Positions 10,936 through 23,218 of a stretch of DNA of 64,000 nucleotides are shown piece after piece; position 1 is the stretch's first letter; each line of letters starts with the position of its first letter. The notes beneath the pieces were generated by a model. It was not told the origin of the DNA. It did no database searches and saw only the letters and a program-made list of their open reading frames with translations. The stretch comes from Neodothiora populina (Eukaryota), in NCBI RefSeq assembly GCF_041146345.1, contig NW_027191408.1:496001-560000 (forward strand). The letters run 5' to 3'. A program made the position numbers and the translations under genes.

Positions 10936-13900
10936 TTACCGCCTCTCCACGAGCAAGAGATGCATGGCCGCATAACCCAGCAGCAAAAACGCACCGCAAA
11001 ACACTGCCAGTCCCACAGCATCCTGTGTGAGAGCGAGGACGTTGAAGCCGAAGCTCGACAGGATTGCTGATCCAGGGACTTCAATGTCTAGACCGTACTT
11101 CTTGTCGATCAAAGACAGGTAGCGGACTTCGTTGACGATGAGACCTTCGAAGCCGTAGTGGAAAATAGATAGCTAGTGATATAGTTAGTGTTTGAAATGG
11201 AAAGGACGGTTAAAAGACTATCTACTTACTGTCTGCAGCCACCTCAGAGCCTTGGGGATGGTTTCGTGGTTCAGCAAGAAGCCGCCAAAGAGAAGTGAAA
11301 ATAGCATTACTAATACACCGACGAGATTTGCGACGCCCGGGTTGCGAATGACAATACCAATGCAGAGACATACGGTGGCGGCCGCGAGATTGAATAGAAC
11401 AATGAAGAGCATGAATTTGCCGAATTCAGGGCCTGTAGGTAGAAGTCCCGTCATGGGATAGACGATACACCCAGTGATAATCGGCGGAAGCAGGCGCAGG
11501 GGCACAATATCGAAGATGATCTTGCTGATGTAGTATGAGATGGGATAGTAGTAGCCTTTGGCGCGCTCGCGAGTGAAAAGCAAACGCTCAGGAGCGAAGG
11601 CTGTCAGAGAGGTCAGAGACGAAAAGCCGAACAGAGCCAAAAGGAAAAAGAAGAAACCGAGACGGTTCTGGAAGCCCTTGAGATCGTCGGTGAGCCCGTA
11701 GAACAGCCAGCCCAGGAACACAGCAAGCAGTATAGCAATAGCATAGTGAGTGAGCATCAGTTGGGGATTGCGATACAGATTGCGCCAGGTCCTCTTGCTC
11801 AAAATCAAGGTCTGACCGATGACACCCGTCTTGCGGTATCCTCGCATCGTACCGAGGTGGACATCGCCGTTGGCGGCACCGTTCGCGTGGCCGTTAGCCT
11901 GACTAGCATCATCGACTGCACCGTGGATATCCTGTGACAACGCCTCTGCAACATCTGACTCGGCAAAACTTGCAATGAGAGTGTCAAGATCCGTGCCAGT
12001 GGAGCCCGCTGGAGGAGGTGGAAGCTGGTGAGGATCGTCGAGGATTTGAGGTGGAGGTGCACCTTGCTGCTTAGATAGCTTCAGCCATTGTTGCGTTGTC
12101 TCGTAGTTGTTCTCAACAGAGGAGGCGTCAGAGCGTATGGTACTAGGTCCTTGCGATTGCTTCCTGGTGAATAGCTGCCTCTCTTGTTGTTGTCTCACAG
12201 AGCTTTTACGGCTGCTCTTTGGTCGCAAGAGTGAGTCGGAGGTGTAAGAACCTGGTTCGAAGCTTGCCACACTCGGCACCGACTTCACTGCTATCGTGCT
12301 GCTAGCCCTCGTCTGCGTGCCATCGTCAAGCGCGAAGATGGAGCTATCTTCGGGGATCTGTGGATGGACGGTACTCGCATGCATTGTCAGATCAACCAGG
12401 TAATCGGCGATGTTGAAACCAGGGGGGCACGGGTAGCCAAGGTTGTCGAAATAGGTCTGGCAGCTGGAGAAGGGACCCGAGTAGACAAGTCTACCCTTGG
12501 CCAGCAAGACCAGTTGGTCGAACAGAGCTACAATGTTGGAGCGAGGTTGATGAATAGTGAAGACCACGGTTCGGTTGTACGTCTTGCATAGGTTGACCAG
12601 GCATTCGATCACGTTGAAAGCATTGAAGGCATCGAGGCCACTTGTTGGCTCATCTAGAAACAGGATACTGGGGCTTGTGACCAATTCGCAGGCGATACCA
12701 ACGCGACGCTTCTCGCCACCGGATATGCCTCTGCCATTGCCTTCTTCTGAGCCGATGATCTGATCGCGTATGTGATAGATGCCGAGCTGACGTTCGACAT
12801 CGTCCACCCTCTGGGATTTGGCGGCATAGCTCATATCTCTGGGAAGTCGCAGCAGTGCGCTGTCCACGATGGTTTCGTGTACAGTCAGGGTGGGCAGCAT
12901 AGTGTCTTCTTGGTCAACAAAGCCAATAACGCTCCGGAAATCATCGTCTGAGATTTTTTCGCCGTTGACGTAGAAGCTACCGCTAGCAGTACCACGTTTG
13001 TTCTTTCTGGCGAGGATATCGAGGAATGTTGTTTTACCTGCGCCCGATGCACCCATGATAGCCATCAGTTGTCCGGGATGGACAGCACCCGCAATACCGT
13101 TGAGGATTTGTTTGCCCTTGAGATTGTAGGATAGATTCTCAAAGTAGAGGGCGGCCGGTTTGTGGTCTGCCAGCAACTGGGCACTCTCCTCTTCCTCGTC
13201 GTCAGACAGATGAATGGGTCCGTGTCCGGTGGCAGATCTCCTTGCGAAAATCCATACCAGGACGATCATGGCGACAACGAACAAGGCGCAGCCAGCGATG
13301 ACACTAGCGATCAGAGGAGTGTTTATTTTCTTGACCGGTCTCTCGTATCCAGGAACATCGGTCTTGTAGAGGCACTCTCCGGAGTGACAATTCAGCAGAA
13401 TGCTCTCATCGCCAAAAACACTGGAGATGAGTTCGTTCATGGCAGGCTCGAGGAACTTGCTACCGTCTTGCGCGCTGCCGCCGTCCGTGTGGATGGAGCT
13501 GAATTGTGCCGGACCCTTGATGCTTTCCTCCAGGAATTCGCTGATGTCGATGGAGCCATCTTCACCACAGAGCATACGATCGGGAATGCAGCGACACTTG
13601 ATGTTCTCACACTTGTAGCTGGTGGTGTTCCTGGTGTCTGTGGCGGTGGCGGTCCAGTCACACGTGTCCAGCGCGCAGTAGAAGGACTCTTTCTGGTCAA
13701 CCCAAAACTGGAAATTGCACTCTTCTCTCTCGGCGTGACAGGAGAAGGTGGCTTGCGGTTTCTTCTCTTTCAGCGTATCCAGGATCTTGCGATTGGTGAT
13801 GTCGCAGATCTGGTAGTTTTCCTTGACCACGAGACCTTCTCTGTAACAGACGCCGTCTTGACCGTCGGGCATCATGGCGTTGCACGCATCGTTGGTCTTG

Positions 13901-14277
13901 CAGACGTTGCAGTTTATGCCTTCCCAGCCCTCTTTGCAATCGCAATCGTGGCCCTGTCGAGGGAGGCGATTGCTGCCGTCGGCGAGCGAGCCACAGAGCG
14001 GTTCGCTGCAGTCCTCGCCACCAAAGCCAGGAGGACAGCGACATTTGCCCGAGGACTGGGTGCAGTTCGCATACTGATGACAGACAAAGTCGTCGAGGTT
14101 ACAGTTGAAGCAGGGCGGGCAGTCTGCGGGTCGGTCGTTGTAGATGCTGAAGAGGTCCGGGTCTTGCGAGTAGAGCTCGTTGGACGTCGTGTAGCCGTTC
14201 ATCTTGACCGATGCGGTCGCAGGAAGCGCACATGCGAGCAGCGGCGCAGCGTAGGCAAGCCATGACCGGCGATGCAT
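10936..14277 (-). CDS. ADP1: ABCG half-transporter with N-terminal EGF-like Cys-rich domain (ADP1-type); intron 11173-11229
   Basis: Signal peptide, EGF-like Cys repeats, Walker A GASGAGKT, signature ISGGEKRR, Walker [13 protein letters not shown]-terminal TMD. Last exon [15 protein letters not shown]...LLVERR* ends at 10936. Confidence 0.93.
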
Positions 14278-15037
14278 GGCTGTTGGTCAGATGTGATGGA
14301 GCAGAAACTTGGCCGCCAACGAGAAGCGATGGGAGGCTGGAAGTGGACAAGTAGCTAAGGTAGTTGCGCAACGACTGTACACGTCCGTTATCGCATGCGC
14401 CGACAGCCCAAAAAGGCAGGAACGGCAGAGGCAGGTACAGTAAGAAAAACCAGGACAACGCAGTGGCAATCAGATGCTTGCGCCGCGCATGTAGTCCTAG
14501 GACGAGATAGAGACAGAAAATAACAAGAGAAAGACTTACTGCCTGGAGTGAACGCAGGTGGATCATGTCTCGAGGTGTCGCTGTACGGAACAGTACTGTA
14601 CAGTAATTACAGTAGGGAAGGTGCACAACTGTACGGGGAAGCTCGTGATGCCGACTGCCCGATCTGGTCATCCCTCGTCATCAGTGCCTTATCCAGCGAA
14701 AGTAGGTGGGTTCTCCGTCATGCACGGCCCCGATACCTCACCGTCACGCCGTTGCACGGACGTTTTGGCTTAGTCCGCTCCTCGTGGCTGGGGCTTGGCA
14801 ATACCCAGCTCTCCCCGCAAAACCTGTCTCCCTCGGCTTTACGCTTTGTGCTTCGTTTGAGACTCTGATGTCGAGTAATGTGCTGCATCATGCAACTGAG
14901 ACGTTGGATAATGATAATGTGACTCTCGTAACAGTTGCAACTCGTAGTACAGTACAGTACAGTACAATACCGTACCTATGGTGATTACACGGGCACTGCA
15001 GAAGGCAAGTTCTCCTGAGAAGAGGCCATGTCTATGT

Positions 15038-15928
15038 CTATGCATTCATTGTCTCGACTGCCTCATGTACTAGATCTCTGGCCACTTTGTCAGCCGTAGC
15101 CTTTTCGAGTTTCGGCAGCTCCTGTTGCCAGAATTGCCACCTCTCTTCGCAATAGCCCTTCCAGCCCTTTTCTCTGCCTCCAAGTTTAGTACCTGCCGCA
15201 CCCATATTACCCCGAAACTCCTTGTTGTCGATACTGAACGCCTTCAGTGCAGACTTGGCATATATGACCCAGACCGCCGCCGTCCCTGTCCATGCGGCGG
15301 CCGTGATGCTGTCTTTGGGTTGGTCGTTCTCGATGGCCGTTCTCAGAGCCCAGAGACCATTCAGTGATGTATCGAGTGCCTCGACACTCTGACCATCTTC
15401 AGACGAAGAAGTTTTGTAAGCATTGGTCAGGCGGGCAAGAAAGCTGTTCATGTTGATCCATCCATCTCTCGACTCCTCGTCTACTACCCCTTCTTCTTGT
15501 TCAGGAAGGGGATAGTTGAAGTACTTTCTCGTCTCCTGCCCGAACAGCGGCAGATCTGACCATAATTGGCCCTGCGAGTCCTTCTCTACAATTCCCAGAG
15601 GAGCTTGCTCTGCCAATGTAGACAATAAATCAACAAGTTTTGCGTGCCTGGGCGACGCGTGAGGCGTCTTTGAGGCTATCAACAGCACGCTGTCCCAGAG
15701 TTGGCGAAGACTGTCATTGCTGAGGTCTTCGGGAAGCTCGAACACTTGGTTGCTGGAATTGCCGTCCGAACGAGACTTTTCGAGCGCCTGCACAAGAGGC
15801 TGTTGAATCTTGGATATGGTGGCGTCCAGATTGAGGTCCCCAGATAGATAAGACGTGAGTGTGCTGTAGTTCTCGCTGTCGGAGACCGCCTGTAGGTGCG
15901 GCGAGGTTCGGGATTTCTCAGTCCACAT
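15038..15928 (-). CDS. DUF3632-like fungal protein
   Basis: 296-aa ORF with family-like motifs KLVDLL..L, LWSDLPLFG.E.R, W.NMNSFLARL, LWALR.AIE, ERWQFW. Confidence 0.78.
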   Translation of the reverse strand: MWTEKSRTSPHLQAVSDSENYSTLTSYLSGDLNLDATISKIQQPLVQALEKSRSDGNSSNQVFELPEDLSNDSLRQLWDSVLLIASKTPHASPRHAKLVDLLSTLAEQAPLGIVEKDSQGQLWSDLPLFGQETRKYFNYPLPEQEEGVVDEESRDGWINMNSFLARLTNAYKTSSSEDGQSVEALDTSLNGLWALRTAIENDQPKDSITAAAWTGTAAVWVIYAKSALKAFSIDNKEFRGNMGAAGTKLGGREKGWKGYCEERWQFWQQELPKLEKATADKVARDLVHEAVETMNA

Positions 15929-17154
15929 ATTGATGCTATGTCAGCTTGACCAAGGCACTGCTGTGGTGACTGGGCTAATGATGGAGCGAGGAGGAAAAGA
16001 GGCAAGGGCGAGGGTATGCGAGACGAGTGCACGTCGGATAGATCTGGAAGGCAAAGAACAACAACCGGCGTGGTCAAAGAGAGAGAATCGATACAGCATA
16101 TTGATCGGTGACCACCGATATGTAAGGTGTTCTATGTACTTTATTGCATATGAACTATGACCCGGTTTTATTTTGTCTGCACGCAACGCATGAGCGCACG
16201 TTGTGCCTCCTGCAGGCAGGCCTTACTTACCTGCCTTGATAGGCAAAGACGAGTCGACATGCTCCAATCATTGGACCAGAGCGATCCGGACAAGGGGGCT
16301 GTACAGTATCTCAGGCAAGCAGAGTCAGGAAAGCCGATCATACTGTACGGCATGATGCTTCGCGCAAGAGGCGAGGTCCGAAGACTGAGGTGCGTTCTTC
16401 GTCCCTGTACCTGCACTAAGCATAGCAACCCCTACGGCCCGTGCCTTGCCGATCATTGCGAGATCTATGGGAACATGGGCCGACATGCCTCGGTGTTTGC
16501 GACCACTAGATTGCTTCATCCCTATGCCTTGTCTCTGTATACAAGAATAAGTTTGCACTTGGCAGATAGTCGCAAGCAGTGCGTGCAGCTTCTCGCGGCT
16601 CCGAGACTGAGCATGTTGTCTCTTATCTGCGGGTCATTGGCTAATCTGTGTGTGTTTGACATGGCATCGCGAAAAGTGACCCCTCTTCTCTCTCTTTTAT
16701 GCTTCTGGCTCTGATGAAGTCCCAGGACCGTCTTTCCTGAATGAGGAAGGCATGTGAACGTTTCGCATCCGACATTTATGAGTCGCAATTAAGCAGATCT
16801 CGCTCTTGAGCACATCTATTGGTCGAAGAGAGAGTCTCCTAGCGAGGCCAAGGAGCATAATACACTATTGCTCTATCTATCCTACCTTATCGTGCAGGAC
16901 ACCGCCTTGTCGTCGAAGAGACGGTTGATTACTGACAAGAAATGACAAGGAGGGGTAAGATCGATAGTTGCATTAGATATAGACATCGTACTCTGTCGTC
17001 TAGCAAGGCCAATGGTACAAATAGCGTGACCTGTTCCCATTGTTTCTCTACAGCATCATCATCATCAGCATCATCAGTCCAGCCCCTCGAGTCCAGCAAT
17101 CCACTTTCGCTCTTCGCTGCCACCAGTTGTCTTCTCCTCTCTCTCATAATCATC

Positions 17155-17749
17155 ATGCTCTTCCAGCCTCTTCTTTCGGCCATTGTGCTCCTCGCAGCTT
17201 CTGCTGTCGCCTCGCCCATTGAGATTGAGAAGCGTCAAAACTCGGATGTGACCTGCGGTAGCACTGTCTACTACCCTTCTTCTCTCCAGCTTGCATTAAA
17301 CGCTGGATACAGCCACTACAAGGCCGGTAAGTCGCGAACATCCAAGCCATCGTAGCAAAAGAAGAACAAAAAAAAAGATATGCCCCCGAGTACCCCCTTT
17401 CCACCACCATAAGTGAAAAACGAAAAGAGAGACATACACCACACAATTATTCCCCTATCATAGCCCAAGTTTGATTTCTTCAACGCTCCCAATCTAACAA
17501 TCCCTCCCCCGGAAATCAGGCACGGAAGTGAACGACTACCCCCACACCTACAACAACTACGAAGGCTTCACCTTCTCGCGCGCCTCCGGCCCTTACCAAG
17601 AATTCCCCATCCTCAAGGGCAAGGCCTACACCGGTGGCTCTCCCGGCGCCGACAGGATCATCTTCAACACCAAGGGTGTCTATGTTGGATCCATCACTCA
17701 CACTGGCGCTTCCGGAAACGACTTTGTTGGGTGCTCTGATACTTCTTAA
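17155..17749 (+). CDS. Secreted guanyl-specific ribonuclease, RNase T1/N1/F1 family; intron 17327-17519
   Basis: Signal peptide plus KR|Q propeptide site. Catalytic set YPH, EFP, PGADR, ITH present; Cys in VTCG and VGCS. Confidence 0.95.
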
Positions 17750-18656
17750 GTGTTTGATGGATTGAGAAGTGGGGAGTGGTGGGAGGGATGGTGGTCATGG
17801 GTTGCTGTACCCGTGCTCGTTGGATTGAGCCATGGGACTTTGGTGGAGAGACTTGAGGAGCAAAAGAGGCAATCTACGTAGGCTGAAAGGACCAAAATCC
17901 AAATGATGTTGAAGAGACTCGACGCGGTCCCCAGGGAACTACTGAAGCATTCGAAAGCAGACAGCGAGATTAGAATTGTCCACCACAAGCTTCTATTTCT
18001 GAACAGAGACGAGATTTCTGACTCGACAAGTGAAATCGGATCTCATCGAAACATCGCCAGCATAAAAGTTATATCATAGTACCTCAAGTAAGCTATCTTG
18101 CGTAGTGTGGTGAACAATAAACCCGGAAATTGAACAGTCAAGTCCTATGCATGAGTGTGGATCATTCTAAACACGCCTTCGATACAAAAGTCAGTGTTGA
18201 TCGAGTAAGAGCGAGAAGGAGCATGGAAAGTGAATAGCCAAGCCATATTCACAATCACAGAACGGACCCGGCAAAAATAAAGAGTGAGGTGGATTTGTAC
18301 TCACATATCTTGCCTACCGCCTCAAAACGACCTGATACAAAGCAGTGAGGAAGAAATGAAAATAAGAAATCGAATTGTCGATTTATATACATAAAACATA
18401 GGAAACTCCGACAATGAATACGAATAAAGGACACGGCAAAGCGAGAAGCACTTCTGTTATTGCTTCTGTGTTGGATCTACTATCTCCCTTCTCGTTGCTA
18501 GACTCGGTGAGTGTCTGTTACACACTGGCAGCCTGTACTGTCCTTTGTACATCCATCCTAAAACGCCTTTTGATTCCCAAAACTCCGCACAGTGTCTTTC
18601 CTGACACAAAATAAAATCAAGCGAAGAAGAAAAATAGTGCTTGGCTATTGTCAACC

Positions 18657-21600
18657 TTAATTACTTCCACGAGCCCTCAATCTCCTCCCACCTGCTGCGG
18701 GAGCGTTCTCTCTCCCCTCTGCGGTTCCAGCGAAGGTGTTGCGGGTCGTCCTCGTCATAGGAAGCTTGCTGCCCGCATTTTCCGGTGCTGCCATCGTGTG
18801 GGCTCTCTTGAGCGTCTTTGGGGGCATCGCGTCGACCTGCTCTACACTTTCAGGCGCAGGAAGAGAGTTCGATGTGATGTTGACGTCGATTTCCCGCAGT
18901 CCAGGGAGGTTCTGCGGTAGACTGGCCGGGCGACCGCGCTCTGCAGAGGTTTCTTCGGCGGTGCTGTCGGGAGAGTCGGTATATACGACTCCTTTGCTCG
19001 GGGAGCTCTGAATCTTTCGCGGAGAAGCTGATGAAACTGGGCGATCATTGTCGTCTGTGGCCGGCTGTTCTTGGTCCAACAGCGCGTCGTGGGATGCTGT
19101 TCTAGGCAGAGTGGATGGGTAGTCGTAGGTCGTCTTCGTAGGTGTTTGACCTGTGGACTGGTATTCTGCCAGCTCACTTGCTTTTGTCTCGTTGTGCAGA
19201 GCTCTCAGGAGTGCTCTGATCTCACCCTCGTTGCCGAGTTCGGGGAAGGTCACCGCGAGTGCTGCAGCGCGTTCTTCCATGTCTGTCGAGAGCGACTGGG
19301 TACGGGTGTAGCTGGTGTCCATGTGTGCGCCGACGCTCTTGTAGCTTTCCTGCACGTTCGACGAGAGCTGTGCAAGCGAGGTCGTATGCGCTTCGTGATG
19401 CGTCTCGTTTTGTTGGCGCACTCTGGCGACAATCTCGTCGAGTGAAGAAAGCTGTGTGCTGAGGTGGACCATTTGCTTGTCGACGATTCCAACAGTCTCG
19501 ACATGCACTGCTTCTGTTGTACTCTTGATCTTCTCGCTAGTGCCGTTCGCGAATCCCCAATCACCCTTGATCTTCATCTTTATATGCTCTCTCGACTGTA
19601 TACACGAGTCGACAAGACTCTGTGTTTTGGCATGCAGTGCGTCTGCCTCGCCATCGTAAGACTGGCGGGAAACAGCGTACTCATCTTCGGACGTCTTGAT
19701 GCGCTTAGCGGCATGAGATATTTGTTCCGCAAGACGCTTCTCTTGGGCTTCCGCCGTCGTGGTGATGAGGCCGGTGATTTGTGCCAGCAATTCGTCTCTT
19801 TCTTTCACTGCGCGGCTGCGCTCTTCCTCCATGGCTTGTTCTAGTGCTTGATGCGAGCCCTGACCTGCTTCGACGAAAGTGGAATTTGCGGCAGATATTT
19901 GCGCGCGCAAACGAGCGGCTTCCGTCTGCTGCTCACTGAGCTGCTTGACAACATCATCAAAAATGGATTTGAATTCTTTTCCGAGACCGGCGTACGATTT
20001 ATGGAGCTGGTTGTGGAAGTTCTCGAGTTCGCCGGCAATGCCTGCGGTTATACGCTGCGCCGCCGTGGACAGATCTTTCATGCCCGCACCGACGTTCTGC
20101 TGAACGTCTTCTCGCAGAGTCTTGATTTCCTCGAGCACTTGATTCATATCGTCTCGAGACTTTGCTGTTTGCACATTCACCTCGGAAGACGAAAGCTGAA
20201 AGGCATCTGATTTCTCCTGAAGGAAGACCTGCGAAGCCTGGAGCTCCGAGAGCTCTGACTCGACGAATGATTGCATTCTCGTCGACATGTTCTGCAGCAG
20301 TTGCTCCTGCTTCTGACGTAGGCTCTCGATGCGTGCGTCCACTGAATCGGTTGTGTCTAGCACACGGTCTTTCGAAGAGGTCCAATGGATGCGATTCAGT
20401 GAATGTAGATCAGATCTCCTGTGCAATTTCGCGTGCAGGCCTGAGATATCTCCAGTTGTTTTGTCGAGAGTTGTAAGAAGCTTTCCTCCGATATCCGCGA
20501 GCTGTGATTCGGTGCGTTGATGAGCTTTTCGCAGGGTGGTTTCGTCGGCGAGGTTGCGCTTGGTACGAGCCAGGACAATCTCGGTCTTCTCGAGCAGACT
20601 CTTTGTTCCGTCTAGCATCAGCTTGGCCTGCTCATTTTCTCTCTTCAATCCAGTGAAGCTAGTGTTGAGGATGTGTAATTCCTGGACCTTGTTGCGAAGA
20701 TTGTTTTCTACGGTCTCGATCTTGGCTTTCTGCTCATCGGCCAGAATGCGCCGCGATTCACTCTCTGTCATGATTTCCTCGTAGTTTTCCTGGGTGAGAT
20801 AGACACCGTTACGCTGACGGGTAGCAATGAGCTCACTCTTCAGCTTCTCAATTTCTGCCGTGAATTCTTTGAGGAGGGTCTTCTTGGAGACCAACTGGTT
20901 GACCTGTGGCTTATTGCGGATGTTCTTCGCACGGAAAGCGTAATCAAGGGTAGAAATCGTCTCTTCCAGATTGCTCTTCGCAGGAGATAGGGTGGCAATG
21001 ATACAGGTCTTGGTCCTACCTCCCAGCGAATCTTGCAGCAAGCGTGTGAGTTTCGATTCGCGGTATGGGATATGAGAGCCCTTTTCGACCAGGGCATTGA
21101 TGACACGGCCGAGAGTGAGCAAGCTCTTGTTGATAAGACCAGCCTCGGCGGCACGTTTGTTCTCAGCACCACTGCGCTGGATGTTCTCACTTCCGGCAAG
21201 ATCGACCAAGTTGAGTTTTCCAGCACAGATGTAGTCTTCGCCTGTGTCTGATGTGCGCTTCATCAACACAGTAATGGTGAAGACGGTATGACTGCGGGAA
21301 CTAAGGTCGTTGCATTTGGTCGCGGCAACTTGACGTTTGATGGAGCCATTCTTGAGCAGTTCGAGACCCTTGGAGGCATTCTTGATGTGGGACTCCTCCA
21401 TTCCTTGGACGAGGGTAGTAGTCTGGCCTTTTTTGCTGTTGTCGTCGTAGATCTTAAGCTTCACGTTGTCGTCTGCTGCCAAGAGATCGCGAAGTTCTTC
21501 GTTGTAGAGTTCAATAAAGGAGCATTTGACCACGACTTCTTGTTCCTCATCGCCGATCTTGTGAAAGAGCGAGTGAAGTACTCGAGGTATGATACCGGCG

Positions 21601-22043
21601 TTATCCGGCAAAGGTTGCATATCAGAGATGTCGCCAGACATGGTATATGTTTTGCCGGTGCCGGTCTGGCCATAGGCGAAGATGGTGCAGTTGAATCCTC
21701 CGAGTACCTTGGGAATCACGGATCAGCAGCGCACACGGAATGTAGAGAATTCGATGCATACCTCGTCCAGTATGGGTTCGACGACATCCTCGAAGATCAT
21801 GGTCTGATCAGCAGCAGGCGAAAAGACTCGATCAAAATTGTATATCTTGTTACTGAGAGCATTCGGCCCCATGGAAAGCTCGAGTTTGGTTCCTTTGACG
21901 CCGTCGGCAGACACTGACGACGCCGCTGTTCTCGCGTACTTCACGATCGTTGCGACCTCTACATCGCACTACGACATTGATGTTGGTCTCTTCCTCGTGT
22001 TCGAAATCTCTTTCCTTTCGCTTGACTCCGTTGCTGCTGCTGC

Positions 22044-22074
<31 letters not shown>

Positions 22075-22260
22075 GCCTCCTTGTACAGACCTGGCCGGCG
22101 AATTAGTTCTACTCGGAGCCAGTGAGCGAGCGGGTGATTTGTGTGAGCGCTGTGTGGGAGTAGCCGTGTGCGCGCGCGATGGCGGCGGGCGTGATGTCGT
22201 CGGAGGGCGCATGGTGGTTCTCTTAGTAGCTGCCACCGAGGGCCTTCCAGGCGCTGACAT
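18657..22260 (-). CDS. bimC: Kinesin-5 (BimC/Eg5); intron 21708-21761; apparent +1 frameshift at ~21915
   Basis: NINVVVRCRGRN, FAYGQTGTGKT, SSRSH, LVDLAGSE, HIPYRESKLTRLLQDSLGG, coiled coil, BimC box (YQSTGQTP). Confidence 0.95.
22032..22077. repeat. (GCT)n(GCC)n trinucleotide run encoding poly-Gly/poly-Ser in the BimC N-terminus
   Basis: gctgctgctgctgctgccgccgccgcc... directly visible. Confidence 0.9.
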
Positions 22261-22869
22261 CTTGTCTCGGTTTTCTTGTACTTCTTCTCCACTAAGCGCA
22301 GGATCTACTGCGGGCAGAGCCAGACTGAGTCTGATCTATAAGTAACCCAGTATGCTGTACACGCCAGTGGACAATGGGTGGTGTAGGATAGAATAGAATG
22401 GCAATATCTCGTGTCGAATGTCGTGTATACCAATTGCGTGTCAAGGGTAGAGAGAACAAAAGACGGAGCAACTTCAACAACATAAAATTGTACTGCACAT
22501 CATCCACTCTACATGGAATGCGGGTACTCTGTGGTCGGGTACGGTAGTGTACAGCAGGAGTGTGCATAGGTACCTAGACAGTGTTTACTGCATTTCCATT
22601 TTAGGTTCCATTGTTTACAAACGCCGGAAGCTCGAGCCGCCCGCTCTTCGGATCCCTGCGTTGGCTCTTGGCAATCCTCTTTCTCTGCCACGTGAAACAG
22701 GCATCTTGTCCCGTGCTATGAAGTACTACAGCCAGGTATTCTTGATACCGGATGACGTCCGCTCCCACCCTCCTTCCTCCGATAACACCGTCTCTCAAGC
22801 GCCTTCCCCCTCCCCTCCCTCGCACTTGGGTCCTTATCGGCTGCTCAATCCACCATCATCAGCATTCCA

Positions 22870-22872
22870 CCA

Positions 22873-22909
<37 letters not shown>

Positions 22910-22925
22910 ACATCGGCATCATCAC
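22870..22925. repeat. (CAT)n microsatellite in the BimC/PHAF1 divergent intergenic region
   Basis: About 11 perfect CAT units plus degenerate flanks. Confidence 0.9.
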
Positions 22926-23218
22926 AACAACACTTGTCGTTTGTCAGACGCGTCTTCTTGCGTCTACTCGCACTGTCTGACCGCCTGCCAGCCTCTCAAC
23001 AACTCCCCACTCCACCGTCGGTCAACCATGTCTCGCTAGCACCCTCGTCGCCCCGCTGCCTTTGCTTGGCCACATGATGGAGCAGGAGCACATGATGACA
23101 CAGCAGCAGCCACCTTGATATCTACCTTATTGTACTGTATCTTGCATCCCACAGTACTTACTCTCTACAACACAACTACCCACACTCTGTCGTTGTCTCT
23201 TGCAGATAGCCACGCAAC

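Noticed and set aside
22547..23077. Poly-Ser/poly-His ORFs
   Set aside because: Products of the (CAT)n microsatellite in a promoter/leader region.
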